From Sphyrna mokarran (lineage: Eukaryota), in assembly GCA_024679065.1 (NCBI GenBank), contig JAGIQG010000040.1, forward strand, positions 6,262,001 to 6,326,000: a DNA stretch of 64,000 nucleotides, in the 5' to 3' direction. The translations under genes and the position numbers were made by a program. Every line of letters begins with the position of its first letter. Position 1 is the first letter of the stretch. Shown here in pieces: positions 35,011 to 48,692 of the stretch. The notes under the pieces are model-generated. The model saw only the letters and a list, made by a program, of their open reading frames with translations. It made no database searches and was not told the DNA's origin.

Positions 35011-37306
35011 ACTGGTAAGAGTACTGCAGGTGGTGGTGTTCCCCATGTATCTGCTGCCTCTCATCCTTCTAGCTGGAAGTGGTCGTGGGTTTGGAAGGTG
35101 CTGTCTAAGAATTTTTTAGTGAATTCTTGTGGTGCATCTTGTAGATAGTACATACTGCTGCTACTGAGCATCGGTGGTGGACGGAGTGAACACTTTTAAT
35201 ATGGTGCCAATCAAGCAGAATGATTTGTCCTGAATGCTGTTGAGCTTTTTGAGTGTTGTTGGAGCTCACTCATCAGGCAAATAGGGAGTATTCCATCACA
35301 CTCCCGACCTCTGCCTTTGCAGATGGTGGACAGGATTTGGGGAGTCAGGGAGTGAGTATTTCTAGCCTCTAATCTGCTTCTGTAGCCACTATGTTTGTGT
35401 TGTGAGTCCAGTTGAGTTCCTGTCAATGGTAACCACATGTGACTGGTACAAATATATTAGAACAAACTTTCTCAGCTGAAAAAAAACTCCTGATTTTGTA
35501 AGAGATTGAGAAGCCTCGGGCAGCAAAACTTGCTTTGACTACTGGTCGTTTGGTGAGGTCCAATTGAGGTATCAAACAGCAACTAGTTCCCCAAACCCCT
35601 CATCTTAAACTTGCAACACTTAAGACCATAAAATAAAGCAGCAGAATCAGGCCATTCGGCCCATCTTGTCTTCTCTGCCATGGCTCTTATGTATTTTCCA
35701 CCATTTCCTTATAACTTTTGATCTCTTTACCAATCAAAAACATATCTATTTCTGTACTAGAAACGCTCAATGACCTGCCACCACAGTCTTCCGTGACAAT
35801 GAGTTCCACAGATTCACCACCTTCTGGCTGAAGAAATTCCTCCTGTTCTCAATTCTAAAAGGTTGTCGCTGTACTCTGAGGCTGTGCTCAAGGAGACCAG
35901 TCTCTCTCATTAACGGAAGAGTATTCCCCACATCCACTGGTTCCAAGCAATTCATTAAATGATTTTAGGGTCAGCAGATAATTTCATCATAGTTAATAAT
36001 AATTTGGAGAGTCGCGGGTTCACTGTTCCCTGGCTTTGAGACTGCAGCTCATCACAGCATCTTGACCTGATAAGGGTGCTTTTTTGGAATTATGTTCTTC
36101 TTGATATTCCTTCCTAAGTCCAATAGCCTTCATACCATGATGAGACCACAAGAAGCAGATTGGCCACTAGTCCATCGAATCCGCTTCACCATTCCATCAT
36201 GTCTGATCGGTTTCTCAACCCAATTCTCCCATAACCTTTGACTCTGTTGCCAGTCAAGAACCTATTATCTCTGTCTTAATTACATTGATTGAACCTTCCT
36301 CTCCACACAGCCTTCTGTGGGAATGAATTCCACAGATTCACCAATCTCTAGCTGAGGAAATTCCCCCTCATCTCATTTCTGACGGGTTGTCCCTTCCCTC
36401 TGAGGTCGTGCCCTTGGGTCCCTGTCTCCCTTAATAATGGAGGCTTCTTCTACACATCCACTCTATCCAGGCCTTTCAGTATTCTGTTACTCACTGCAGG
36501 AATAGGACAGGCATTAACGTGACTCTCCCGCTCGATTGTGTGCAGTTCAATCGCTCTTTGTCTGCACTATACTTGTCCATGAAAGAACTCCTGCCTCAAT
36601 TTTCTCACAATCTGTTTAATGACAAGTAACGTGTGCTTAGAGGAGACATAAATTTGAAATGTCTGTCACCCACTCAGAGGATAAAGAACAATTTGAATCA
36701 AACAACATAAAATTCACTCTGCAAAGTCTGCAAAACTCAAATAAACTGAAATATCTAACTTATACTCCAACATTCAGATTTAACACGAGGTACATGTCCC
36801 ACCACAAAGAACATAGGAAATAAAGAAATATGGAGCAGTATGAGGGCACTTGGCCCCTTCGAACACTTCAAGGAGCTGTGAACCTGTATCCCGAGATTTT
36901 ATTTGTTCAGTTCTCTCCCCAATACCCTACCATTAACCCTGAGGATTTTTTCATGCCCTGTCCGTCTCCCGCTCCGATTCCAGTGACAGGCAGGCTGGTG
37001 AAGCATGAAGGTGGTGAAATATAAAGCTGGCCGAGCAGAGAGCTGGTCACTCCCTCTTCAGGCTTGAGAAGTGACAGTTGTTAACAACTCTTTTCCCTTT
37101 TGTCTAATCTTTTATATCTGCGATGACCTATCAATTTTCCTACAATTGGATTGGTCTGATTTTTTTCATCATCAAATTCAAATTTTAAACGTTCTTGGTG
37201 GCTGAGTGCTTGATTTAAATTATTTGGACAAAATTGAAACATTTAAATGCCTGAAGCCTGTTACCAAGGCAACCTTGCTTTCTGGCCTTGGAAACAAATA
37301 TTTCAA

Positions 37307-38785
37307 AGAACAAAGAACAAAACAGCTCGGGAAACAGGCCCTTCGCCCCAACAAGCCCGCGCCGCCACCCCGATGTTCCCACCTCTACCTGCGATCCCTG
37401 TCCATGTTTATAGATCTATGGATTAAAAACCAAATTTGAGACAATTTAGGGAGAATTTGTTTTGCCAATTAGCCTAAGAGCACATCTTTGGGATGTGGGA
37501 GGAAACCGGAGTGCCTGGAGAAAACCTACGCAAGCACGGGGAGAATGCGCAAACTCCCACAGACACAGGCCCAAATCCATGTATCTGCACAGCACAGCGA
37601 TAGTCACTGAGCTGTCGTGTTGCCCATCAAATGGTCCAGGTCAAGCGTACACTAACGACGTGAAGCACTAGGATACTCTTGAAAAAATCCAAGAGCAGCC
37701 CTCTCACGACCCATCGCGTGTATGCCCCTCGTTAGACAACAAGATGGACCAAAGCACCTGTAGGATAAAAACAAATACATCAATATCATCATCTATTTAC
37801 ACACTTCCCAGGGATTCCCAAGGCTCATGATCCCTATTTTAAATCAGTTTTCTATACCCTCCATTCCCATTCTGTTCATGTGCCCATCTAAGTATTTCTT
37901 AAATAACTCCAGAGTGCATGCCTCCACCACTTTACTTGGCAGCGCATTCCATACCCCCACCACCCTCTGTGTGAAAAAACTCCCTCTAGCATCCAAATTA
38001 TACCTTACCCCCCTCACCCTAAGTCCGTGACCCCTCGTGCTATTTGAGGCCATCCTACGAAAAAGCTTAACCCTGTTTACTCTATCTATCCCCTTCATTA
38101 TCTTGTACACCTCTATCAGACCTCCTCTAAGTCTACGTCTTTCCAAGGAAAACAGTCCCAATTTGCCTAACCTCTCCTCGTAACTCAGACCTTCCATACC
38201 AGGCAGCATCCTGGTAAACCTCCTCTGCACTCTCTCCAGAGTCTCCACGTCCTTCCGGTAGTAAGGTGACCAGAACTGGACGCAGTATTCCAAAATGAGG
38301 TCTAACCAACATTTTGTACAACTGCAACATTAAAGGCCAGCTCTTGTACTCTATACCCCTTCCTATAAAGGCTAGCATACTATATGCTTTCTTCACAACC
38401 TTCTCCACTTGCTCTGCCACCTTCAGAGACTTGTTCACCTGCACCCCAGGTCCCTCTGCATTTCTATACTCTTAATAGGTCTACCCTTTATCATATACCT
38501 ACCCCCTACATTCTTTCTCCCGAAATGCATCAGCTCACATTTATCAGGATTGAATTCCATCTGCCATCTGTCTGCCCAAGCTACCAGCCTATCTATGTCC
38601 TGCTATGTCCTGAGGAGCATCGCCTGACAATGCTCCTCACTATCGGCAAGTCCAGCCATCTTTGTATCGTCTGAAAACTTGCTGATCACTCCACTTACTC
38701 CCTCTTCCAAGTCATTTATATATATTACAAATAGAAGAGGTCCCAGTACCGAGCCCTGCGGCACACCACTAGTGACCGACCTCGA
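37307..38785 (-). mobile_element. CR1 LINE with V-SINE-containing 3' UTR
   Basis: PQGSVLGPLLF through the RT C-terminus, then 3' UTR and tail; empty site at 57141-57150. Confidence 0.88.
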
Positions 38786-38814
38786 GCTTGAATTCAGTAT
38801 GTACTTTGCATTTT

Positions 38815-39115
38815 AGGGGTAGTACAATGGTTCGCACTGCTGCCTCACAGTTCCTGGGTTCAATTCCCAGCTTGGGTCACTGACTTTCTGAGATTTATAC
38901 ATTCTCCCTTCCGGTTCCTTCCGGAATTTCGTCCCACAGCCCAAAGATGTGCAGATTAGGTTGGCCATGCTAAATTGCCCCTGAGGATCTTGGGATGTAT
39001 GTGTTAGAGGGATTATCAGGGTAAGTTGCAGGTAGAGGGCATGGGTGGGATTGGTGTAGACTTGATGGGCCAAACAGCCTCCTTCTGCACTGTAAGGTTT
39101 CTATGATTCCATGAT
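38815..39115 (+). mobile_element. HE1/V-SINE-type SINE (copy at ~48722-49008)
   Basis: tRNA-like head and CR1-type tail GCCTCCTTCTGCACTGTAAGGTTTCTATGATTC. Confidence 0.8.
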
Positions 39116-42100
39116 TTTAAACCTGCAAGCACTGAAACCAAAACCAGCTGTTAAAGGGAGAACATGATGTTTCTTCCTCTCAAACATTCTTTCATTCTTT
39201 ACATTTTTACAAATATAACTTCACAGCACTTTGAACAAATAACAATATTATTCAGTTGGCTGCACCCACTACATTGGGAGATTTACAATAATGTATGAAA
39301 ACTCATTCTGTTGAATCTGTCACTACAGAAACCCATTGGGACAAATGGATAACAATGGCCTGAATTTTTTTACCTATCGGGACAGTCAATGGGCCCAGAA
39401 GTGGCCACGAAGCCAACACGTGTGAAACTGATGCTATGTAAGGGTGATTGCTAGCGGGGAGGGCAGGTAGAAGTGGGTGCTGAGGAAAGGAAGGCTGCAG
39501 GCTGACCTTTCCAGTGTGCTTGCTATTGCAAAATTAGAATTTGGTATTGGTGAAATTGAAAACAAATTGTAAAATGCTCTGGGGAAAAGCATTGCGTGGT
39601 CCCATTGGAAGGCAGCACTTTATCTGTACTTAGAGATTTTCAACACCATAGGAATGTAGAGAACCCAAACTGAAATATTTGTATGAAAAGGCCAAGTAGC
39701 AGTGTTACCAAGACAACAGGCTCTTGAATTTAGCTAATCAATTTGAATCAGGCACTTAGATAGAAGGACAATTGAATCAAAATCTGATGGTTTTGACAAC
39801 CTAGGGCCAATATTATTGTTGGAAATATTGATATGTCATCACAGGTAGAAAAGTAGGGAACAGTGGGACAAAGAAGAGAGAACAAGTACCAACTGCAAGA
39901 GTTAACAACTCTCTGCTCTGCTCTGACTTTCTCTCTCTCTCTTTCTCGCTGGTTCTCTCTCTCTCTCTTACTGTCTCTCTCTCTCTCTCCAGACAGAGAC
40001 AAAGAGAGTGATATAGATAGAGACAGAGAGATAGAGTTAGAGACAGAGAGTGAGAGAGAGAAAGAGAGAGAGAGAATTGCTGGGTCTTACAGCTTCATCT
40101 ATGTCTTAGAGAATGCACCGGGGAAAGAGCAAAGGTACCAAAGAAGAAAAGATTTCCAGGCAAAAAGATCAACAGAAAAGGCCCAGAACATTCTGGAAGA
40201 GGGCAAACCTGGGTGTAATTTTGAGGGTGATGAAATTCTATTTTGTTAATGAATGGGAATTGTATTTATCTGAACATCAAACCATTTGAATCTTGTTTAT
40301 TTGGGAATAGTTAATAGTTTAGTTAATTTGTTCACTGTTAGCTCGCTAAGTAAATTTTTATGTGTTGATTTTAGAGAGAGCGTCAGCGATTTATTCTTAA
40401 CCACTAGAAGTTGTGGAAGATCAGGTCACATCACTTCACACACACGTTTTACAGATTATATGGCAAGACACTCCTCTGTGGGTGTTTCGGGTTAGTTCTC
40501 AAAGGGAGCCTTCACCTCTGCTTTATAACATCCCTCAGGGGAACAGACAAAGCAGAGCTGTCTCAGGGAGCTCCTGATCCATTGGAAAAATAGCAATTGA
40601 AAAATATATATCTGGGCAGTGTGTGATGACAATGTAATATATATGTACACATATGTATTATTTTTGTATGTTATTTAGAAGTTCAGTTCCTTACTGCAAG
40701 TAGTCTTGAGTGAAAACAACTCAGATGCTGGAGGAGCAGGATAATTGCTCATTGTAGCCATGTAGTGTTTACTGAGGAGAGAGCCAACAGATGTTTGATA
40801 ACAAAAATGAAATCTTCTCTGAGGGTTTAATTAAAGAAATGGGAAGTGGGTTTAGATTGATGGCGTTGTGTGATGCTGTGATTAATGGAAGCAGCTCATC
40901 ATGTCACAAAGGTCAAACACAGCTTTCAGTCCTGGCTGTTGTTTGTTGCAACTGAAAAAAAACTCTCTTTGTAAACTTCAAGACTGAATAAACTACTTTT
41001 TGGTTGCTAATAGTATTTAAAGTTGTTTTTGAATCTTTAAGAACAAAGTTGCGTATTTGGAACTGCAATGATGATAAGTAATAAATGAGAGTTGTTTCTT
41101 TTAAATGTTGTTCAATGGGGAATATTAAAACTGCTTAATTTTTTTGAAGTTAGAGTTGATCTGTGGTATTAAATAAAGTTTGTTTCAATTTAAAAGTGTA
41201 ATGTCATTCAAATACCAACTCCCAATCAAGCATCAAAACAATTCTCTTTTATCTCTTTCTTCTTTTATTGTTGTTTTTGTGCTCGTCTGGATAAGTGATG
41301 TGTAATGATGTGTTCTCATGCCTCATTACAGAAGCATCAATTTACAAAGAAAAGCTTGTACCAAGGTTTGCAGCTTCCTCATCCTCATCAAAAGCAGCTA
41401 TGAGAGCAGCCCAGCTGCTGTCCCAGTTCCTACATGTCTTCTATGTGCCATCTAGATATCTCCTGCCAAGAGAGGACTCCACTCCTCACCATCAGTCCCG
41501 ATTGGCCCCTCAAGTCAGCTGACTCTATTCTGCTGTGCTGCCCTGAAGGGAATAATCCCTTTCACAAGATGTTACTGTTCCAAAACCATTCCAGAACTTT
41601 ACATACCATGTTCAGCATGTGCAGAATTTAGTGTTACAATCATAGCTGGGATAGCAATTTACTTCCAGGTAAATCTGATAGTAGCAGGAAAGAAGCTGTT
41701 TTTAGTCAGTTGGTATTTGACTTCAGACTCTTGTATCTTTTTTCCAATGGAAGAAGATGAAAGAGGGCTTGTCCAGGGTGCACGGGTCCTTAATTATGCT
41801 GGCTGCTTTTCTGAGGCAGCAGGAAGTGCAGGATTCAATATGGCAGGCTGGTTTGCACTATGGACTTTCACAACCCTTTGTAGAGTTTTGTAGTCTTGGT
41901 CATAACAAGCTGTCATAATATCTTTTGATCATAAGACATTAGACCAAATTAGGCCACTCAGCTCATCGACTCAATCATGGGTGATATTTTCCTATCCTCA
42001 TTCTCCTGCCCTTTTCCCATAACTCCTTATTAATCAAGAACCTATCTACCTCTGTCTTAAAGACACTCAATGACCTGGCCCTCCACAGCCTCCTGCACTA

Positions 42101-44164
42101 AAGATTTCCACAGATTCACCACTCTCTGGCTGAAGAAATTCCTCCTCATCTCTGTTTTAAAAGGATCGTCCCATCAGCCTGAGGTTGTGCCCTCTGGTTT
42201 TAGATTTCCTACAAATGGAAACATCCTCTCCACCTCCACTCTATCCAGGGCCTCGCAGCATCCTGTAACTTTCAATAAGATCCCCCCCTCATCCTTCTAA
42301 ACTTCAATGAGTACAGACCCAGAGTCCTCCGGATACGGAACTGGCCACCCACGGTGACTGATTCTCTTCTCTGTTGATGGGGAAGGTAATTGGATTTGGG
42401 GGCCGGCTCTCTGACATTGCCGAAAGTTAAAATTAACATCCAGTCCTCCCTCCCCCCACCACACCCCCAGCCCCTCTGGGCAGTTGTGAAACAGCTGAAG
42501 AGGCTGGATTTTTGCTTTCTCACACAGACACATTTCTCCTTCCAGGAAAACCTTCTGATTCGATTTGAAAAAAAAAATCAACATTAACTCTGATCAAATC
42601 TGCGCATTTTATTCAGTCAAACAGTTTTTGTAGTTTATTTATTAGGGACACAAGTAGACTTATATTAACACTGAATTGCAGCTACACTGAAAATCCACAT
42701 TGGCCACACTCTGGAAAATTTATCAAAGCCCACGCATGGATGTCCCACAAATCAATTTTTAAAAATGGGTGGCATTGGCTGGACAAGCATCTATCACCCA
42801 TCCCTATTTTCATCTCGAGAAGTTGGTGGTGAGCTGCCTTCTTGAATCGCTGCAGTCCACGTGCTGTGGACTGACCCACAGTGCCATTAGGGAGGGAATT
42901 CCAGGATTTTGACCCAGCGGCTGTGAAGGGATGGCGATATATTTACAAGTCAGGATGATGAGTGGCTTGGAGGGCAACTTGCAGGTGACAGTGTTCTAAT
43001 CCATCTGCCGCCCTTGTCCTTCCAGTTGAAAGTGGTCGTGATTTGGAAGATGCTGTTTAAGATCATTGGTGAATTGCTGCAGTGCATCTTTTAATGGTAG
43101 AGACTTCTGCTACTGAGTGTCGAAGGTGGAGGGAGTGAATGCTTTTAGATGTGGTGCCGGTCGAGCGGACTGATTTGTCCTGGACGGTGCCAAGCTTCTT
43201 GAGTGTTGTTGGAACCACAGGCAAGCGGGGAATATTCCATCACACTCTTGACTTGTGCCTTTGGGAAGTCTTTGGGAAGTCAGGGGTGAGTCTCTCCCCA
43301 CAGTTGCCCGAGCCTCTAACCTGTGTGTGTAGCCATAGTATTTATGTGGCAAGTGCAGTTGAGTTTCTGGTCAATGGTAACAACATGTGCCGAGGACAAC
43401 AATATTCGTCCAAACTCTTCAGCTAAAAATCCCTTGATTTTGTGAGAGATTGAGAAGCTGTGAAGAGCGAGACTTGCCTTAGTCACTTGGTGAGGTCCAA
43501 CTGAGATATCAGACAACATCCAGTTCCCCAACTCCATTATCTCAACCTTCCAATACTTCAGACCATAAGATAAAAAAAAGCAGAATTAGGCTATTCGGCC
43601 CATCAAATCTTTTCCCCCATTCAATGATATATTTCTCAACCCCATTGTTCTGCCTCCTCCCCATAATCTTTGATCTTCTTACCAATCAAGAACTTATCTA
43701 TTTCTGTATTAAGAACACTCAATGACCTGGCCTCCACAGCTTTCTGTGACAATAAGTTCCACAGATTCACCACCTTCTGGCTGAAGAAATTCCTCCTCAT
43801 CGCGATTCTAAAGAGTTGTCCCTTTACTCTGAGGCTGTACCCAAGGAACAAAAACAAAGAACAAAGAACAAAACAGCACGGGAAACAGGCCCTTCGGCCC
43901 AACAAGCCTGCGCCACCACCCCGATGTTCCCACCTCTACCCGCAATCCCTGTCCATGTTTGTAGATCTCTGGATTAAAAACCAAATTTGAGACAATTTAG
44001 GGAGAATTTGTTTTGCCAATTCGCCTAAGAGCACATCTTTGGGATGTGGGAAGAAACCGGAGCTCCCGGAGAAAACCCTGTTCTCCCAGAGGAGACCAGT
44101 CTCTCCGACTAATGGAAACATCTTCCACACATCCAGTCTATCCAGGATTTTCTTTATTCTAAAA

Positions 44165-45713
44165 TTAGTTAAGGAATTTGAACAGGAGAATGAATGGATA
44201 TTTCACCATGTTCAGCATCTCTTCCCGGAACCTCCTCTGGGTCAATATATAAATGCATGTGTTCGTACAGGTGCTGGAATACATCATCAGGAGTGAGATT
44301 CTCATCATCAAGTGAAGCCAACCGGCACCTTCCAAACTAGACATCTCGGTGAAGTCAAACAGGAGGTCCAGTATTACGATTGGCATCCACAGAACCATAA
44401 AGCTCCCGGAGACAGTGAAGAGCAGGACGATAGTTGTTCTTCTGCTCTTCAACACGGGGTCACTGCTGCCCTCCCCAGGGCCGTGAGCCTTCAGGGCCCT
44501 GCGAGACTTATTGGCCACCAAGATGTGCCGGACAGTGAGAGAATTCAACAGCAATAACAAGGGGAATGGCACCAATGGCACTGAGAGACTAGCCACCCAC
44601 TTATAAGCTCTCCATGCTCGTGAAGAATAATAATCTTTCACTGTGCGGCAGCCCCACTGCACATTGGCAACAAGAGAGTAGGGTTCATAACGGAAATAGA
44701 CCGGAATATTCATGACAAAACTGAGTACACTCACAGCCGTTAGAATCACAGTGGCAGTTCGCTTGGTGCAATATTTTAATTTTAGTTTTGGACAAGAAAT
44801 GGCTACAAACCGGTCAAGGGTAAATAATGTTGTGGACCAGACAGACAACTGGACGCTGAATACTTGCATGAAAGCTTCGACACGGCACACACTGGTGTAG
44901 ATCAGGAAGGAATAGGCAAAATGAGAGCGAAAGATGCCGACAAGGGTGACATTAAAAACGCAGACCAGGAGATCGGCAATCGCCATGGTGATCATATAAC
45001 AGGTGATCCCTTTGGAGAGGCCACACCTTCCTCGGGATAGGACCACAATCGCCAGCAGGTTGGCTGTAAGAAATTGGAAAGAAAATTACTCCTCTATTGC
45101 CACCCTCTGGTGCCTGTTTGGGGATACACTGAGGGAGAAATTAACATTACCCGTGCAACTAACCAGTATGTGTTTCGGACTGTATGGGGAAAGCGGAGCA
45201 TCCGGTGGAAATGCGTGCAGAGAGTGAACAACGTGCAGTCTCCACACAGATATTCAGCCAACCGGGGAATGGAACCCAGTGAGACAACAGGGCGAAACAC
45301 CGTGCCATCGTCTCACCACCGCACTAACATCATTAACACTGTGAGTTTACAGGCAAACTGAGGTCAAGTGGACCACACTGCACATTAAATAGCAGTTGCA
45401 ACCAAGACAGATTCCATGTATTTCTCTGCAACCCACCCAGATGTCAGTGTCCTCTGTGAATCACAGCATCCTGTGATCCACAAATCCATGCAAAGAAGGA
45501 AAAGTAGGATCCTGTTCTTGGCAAAACTGTCACCAGAAGCTGGAGCAGTGATGGTCAATGTGGAATCAGCAACAGAGAGAAAGGGGAAAGAAAAAGACAA
45601 AACCAGGACTTTCTAAAATAAATAATTGTTCCCTGTTACTCACCAGGGATACTGATAATGACAAGAATTGGATAACCAATCACAGTGATGTCTACAGATT
45701 TGGTTGCTCCCAT
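44165..45713 (-). CDS. Class A GPCR, GPR139/GPR142-like, 322 aa; exon 1 45713-45644, exon 2 45063-44165
   Basis: Exon 1 MGATKSVDITVIGYPILVIISIP splices in phase 1 (GTGAGT..TTACAG) to ANLLAIVVLSRGRCGLS; 7TM motifs MAIADLL, DRF, FMVLWMP, NTCIY; TATAAA at ~45797-45792; AATAAA at 44158-44153. Confidence 0.88.
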
Positions 45714-47225
45714 TTTACACGAAGATTATTGAAACTTCCCGAGAGCAAACTCAACTGGTGATCTGTGTAATGCATTGGAAACAGCACACAAATTTATACC
45801 TGAACCAATCCTCCAATGTCTCGGTGAAGTTACCTAACAGTTGCCAGCGGGGACACAGACAATCCAACAAACATCATTAATGAAATGATTTTCAGGTCAG
45901 CAGATAATTTCATCACTAGTAATAATAATTTGGAGAGTCGCGGGTTCACTGTTCCCCTGGCTTTTAGACTGCAGCTCATCACAGCATCTTGACCTGATCA
46001 GGGTGCTTTTGAGAATTATGTTCTCTTGATATTCCTCATAATCCAATAGCCTTTCATACCATGAGACCACAAGAAGCAGATTAGGCCACTCAGTCCATCG
46101 AATCCGCTTCACCATTCCATCATGTCTGATCGGTTTCTCAACCCAATTCTCCCGTAACCTTTGACTCTGTTGCCAGTCAAGAACCTATTATCTCTGTCTT
46201 AATTACATTGATTGAACCTTCCTCTCCACACAGCCTTCTGTGGGAATGAATTCCACAGATTCACCAATCTCTAGCTGAGGAAATTCCCCCTCATCTCATT
46301 TCTGACGGGTTGTCCCTTCCCTCTGAGGTCGTGCCCTTGGGTCCCTGTCTCCCTTAATAATGGAGGCTTCTTCTACACATCCACTCTATCCAGGCCTTTC
46401 AGTATTCTGTTACTCACTGCAGGAATAGGACAGGCATTAACGTGACTCTCCCGCTCGATTGTGTGCAGTTCAATCGCTCTTTGTCTGCACTATACTTGTC
46501 CATGAAAGAACTCCTGCCTCAATTTTCTCACAATCTGTTTAATGACAAGTAACGTGTGCTTAGAGGAGACATAAATTTGAAATGTCTGTCACCCACTCAG
46601 AAGATAAAGAACAATTTGAATCAAACAACATAAAATTCACTCTGCAAAGTCTGCAAAACTCAAATAAACTGCAATATCTAACTTATACTCCAACATTCAG
46701 ATTTAACACGAGGTACATGTCCACACAAAGAAACATAGAAATAAAAGAAATAGGAGCAGGATGAGGGCACTTGGCCCTTCGAACACTTTCAAGGAGCTGT
46801 GAACCTGTATCCCGAGATTTTATTGTTCAGTACCTCTCCCCAATACCCTACCATTAACTGAGGATTTTTTCATGCCATGTCCGTCTCCCGCTCCGATTCC
46901 AGTGACAGGCAGGCTGGTGAAGCATGAAGGTGGTGAAATATAAAGCTGGCCGAGCAGGGAGCTGGTCACTCCCTCTTCAGGCTTGAGAAGTGACAGTTGT
47001 TAACAACTCTTTTCCCTTTTGTCTAATCTTTTATATCTGCGATGACCTATCAATTTTCCTCCAATTGGATTGGTCTGATTTTTTTCATCATCAAATTCAA
47101 ATTTTAAACGTTCTTGGTGGCTGAGTGCTTGATTTAAATTATTTGGACAAAATTGAAACATTTAAATGCCTGAAGCCTGTTACCAAGGCAACCTTGCTTT
47201 CTGGCCTTGGAAACAAATATTTCAA

Positions 47226-48692
47226 AGAACAAAGAACAAAACAGCTCGGGAAACAGGCCCTTCGCCCCAACAAGCCCGCGCCGCCACCCCGATGTTCCCA
47301 CCTCTACCTGCGATCCCTGTCCATGTTTATAGATCTATGGATTAAAAACCAAATTTGAGACAATTTTGGGGAGAATTTGTTCTGCCAATTAGCCTAAGAG
47401 CACATATTTGGGATGTGAGAGGGAACTGGAGTGCCTGGAGAAAACCCACGCAAGCACGGGGAGAATGCGCAAACTCCCACAGACACAGGCCCAAATCCAT
47501 ATATCTGCACAGCACAGCGATAGTCACTGAGCTGTCGTGTTGCCCATCAAATGGTCCAGGTCAAGCGTACACTAGCGACGTGAAGCACTAGGATACTCTT
47601 GAAAAAAATCCAAGAGCAGCTCTCTCACGACCCATCACGTGTATGCCCCTCGTTAGACAATAAGGTGGACCAAAGCACCTGTAGGATAAAAACAAGTACA
47701 TCAATATCATCATCTATTTACGCACTTCCCAGGGACTCCCAAGGCTTATGATCCTTATTTTAAATCAGTTTTCTATACCCCTCCATTCCCATTCTGTTCA
47801 TGTGCCCATCTAAGTATTTCTTAAATAACTCCAGAGTACCTGCCCCTACCACTTTAGTTGGCAGTGCATTCCGTACCCCCACCACCCTCTGTGTGAAACA
47901 ACTCCCTCTGGCATCCAAATTATACCTTACCCCCCTCACCCTAAGTCCGTGACCCCTCGTGCTATTTGAGGCCATCCTACGAAAAAGCTTAACCCTGTTT
48001 ACTCTATCTATCCCCTTCATTATCTTGTACACCTCTATCAGACCTCCTCTAAGTCTACGTCTTTCCAAGGAAAACAGTCCCAATTTGCCTAATCTCTCCT
48101 CATAACTCAGACCTTCCATACCAGGCAGCATCCTGGTAAACCTCCTCTGCCCTCTCTCCAGAGTCTCCACGTCCTTCCGGTAGTAGGGCGACCAGAACTG
48201 GACGCAGTATTCCAAATGAGGTCTAACCAACGTTTTATACAACTGCAACATTAAAGGCCAGCTCTTGTACTCTATACACCTTCCTATAAAGGCTAACATA
48301 CTATATGCTTTCTTCACAACCTTCTCCACTTGCTCTGCCACCTTCAGAGACTTGTTCACCTGCACCCCCAGGTCCCTCTGCGTTTCTATACTCTTAATAG
48401 GTATATCATAGACCTACCTACCCCCTACATTCTTTTTCCCGAAATGCATCATCTCACATTTATCAGGACTGAATTCCATCTGCTATCTGTCTGCCCAAGC
48501 TACCAGCCTATCTATGTCCTGTTGCATCGCCTGACAATGCTCCTCACTATCTGCAAGTCCAGCCATCTTTGTATTGTCTGCAAACTTGCTGATCACTCCA
48601 CTTACTCCCTCTTCCAAGTCATTTATATATATTACAAATAGAAGAGGTCCCAGTACCGAGCCCTGCGGCACACCACTAGTGACCGACCTCGA
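47226..48692 (-). mobile_element. CR1 LINE with V-SINE-containing 3' UTR (duplicate)
   Basis: Copy of 37307-38785; ORFs 47760-48365 and 48483-48671 (KFADN). Confidence 0.88.

Noticed and set aside
38815-38880. Additional tRNA genes
   Set aside because: tRNA-derived SINE heads without a complete cloverleaf
39748-40249. Ser/Leu and Glu/Arg-rich ORFs
   Set aside because: Microsatellite translations
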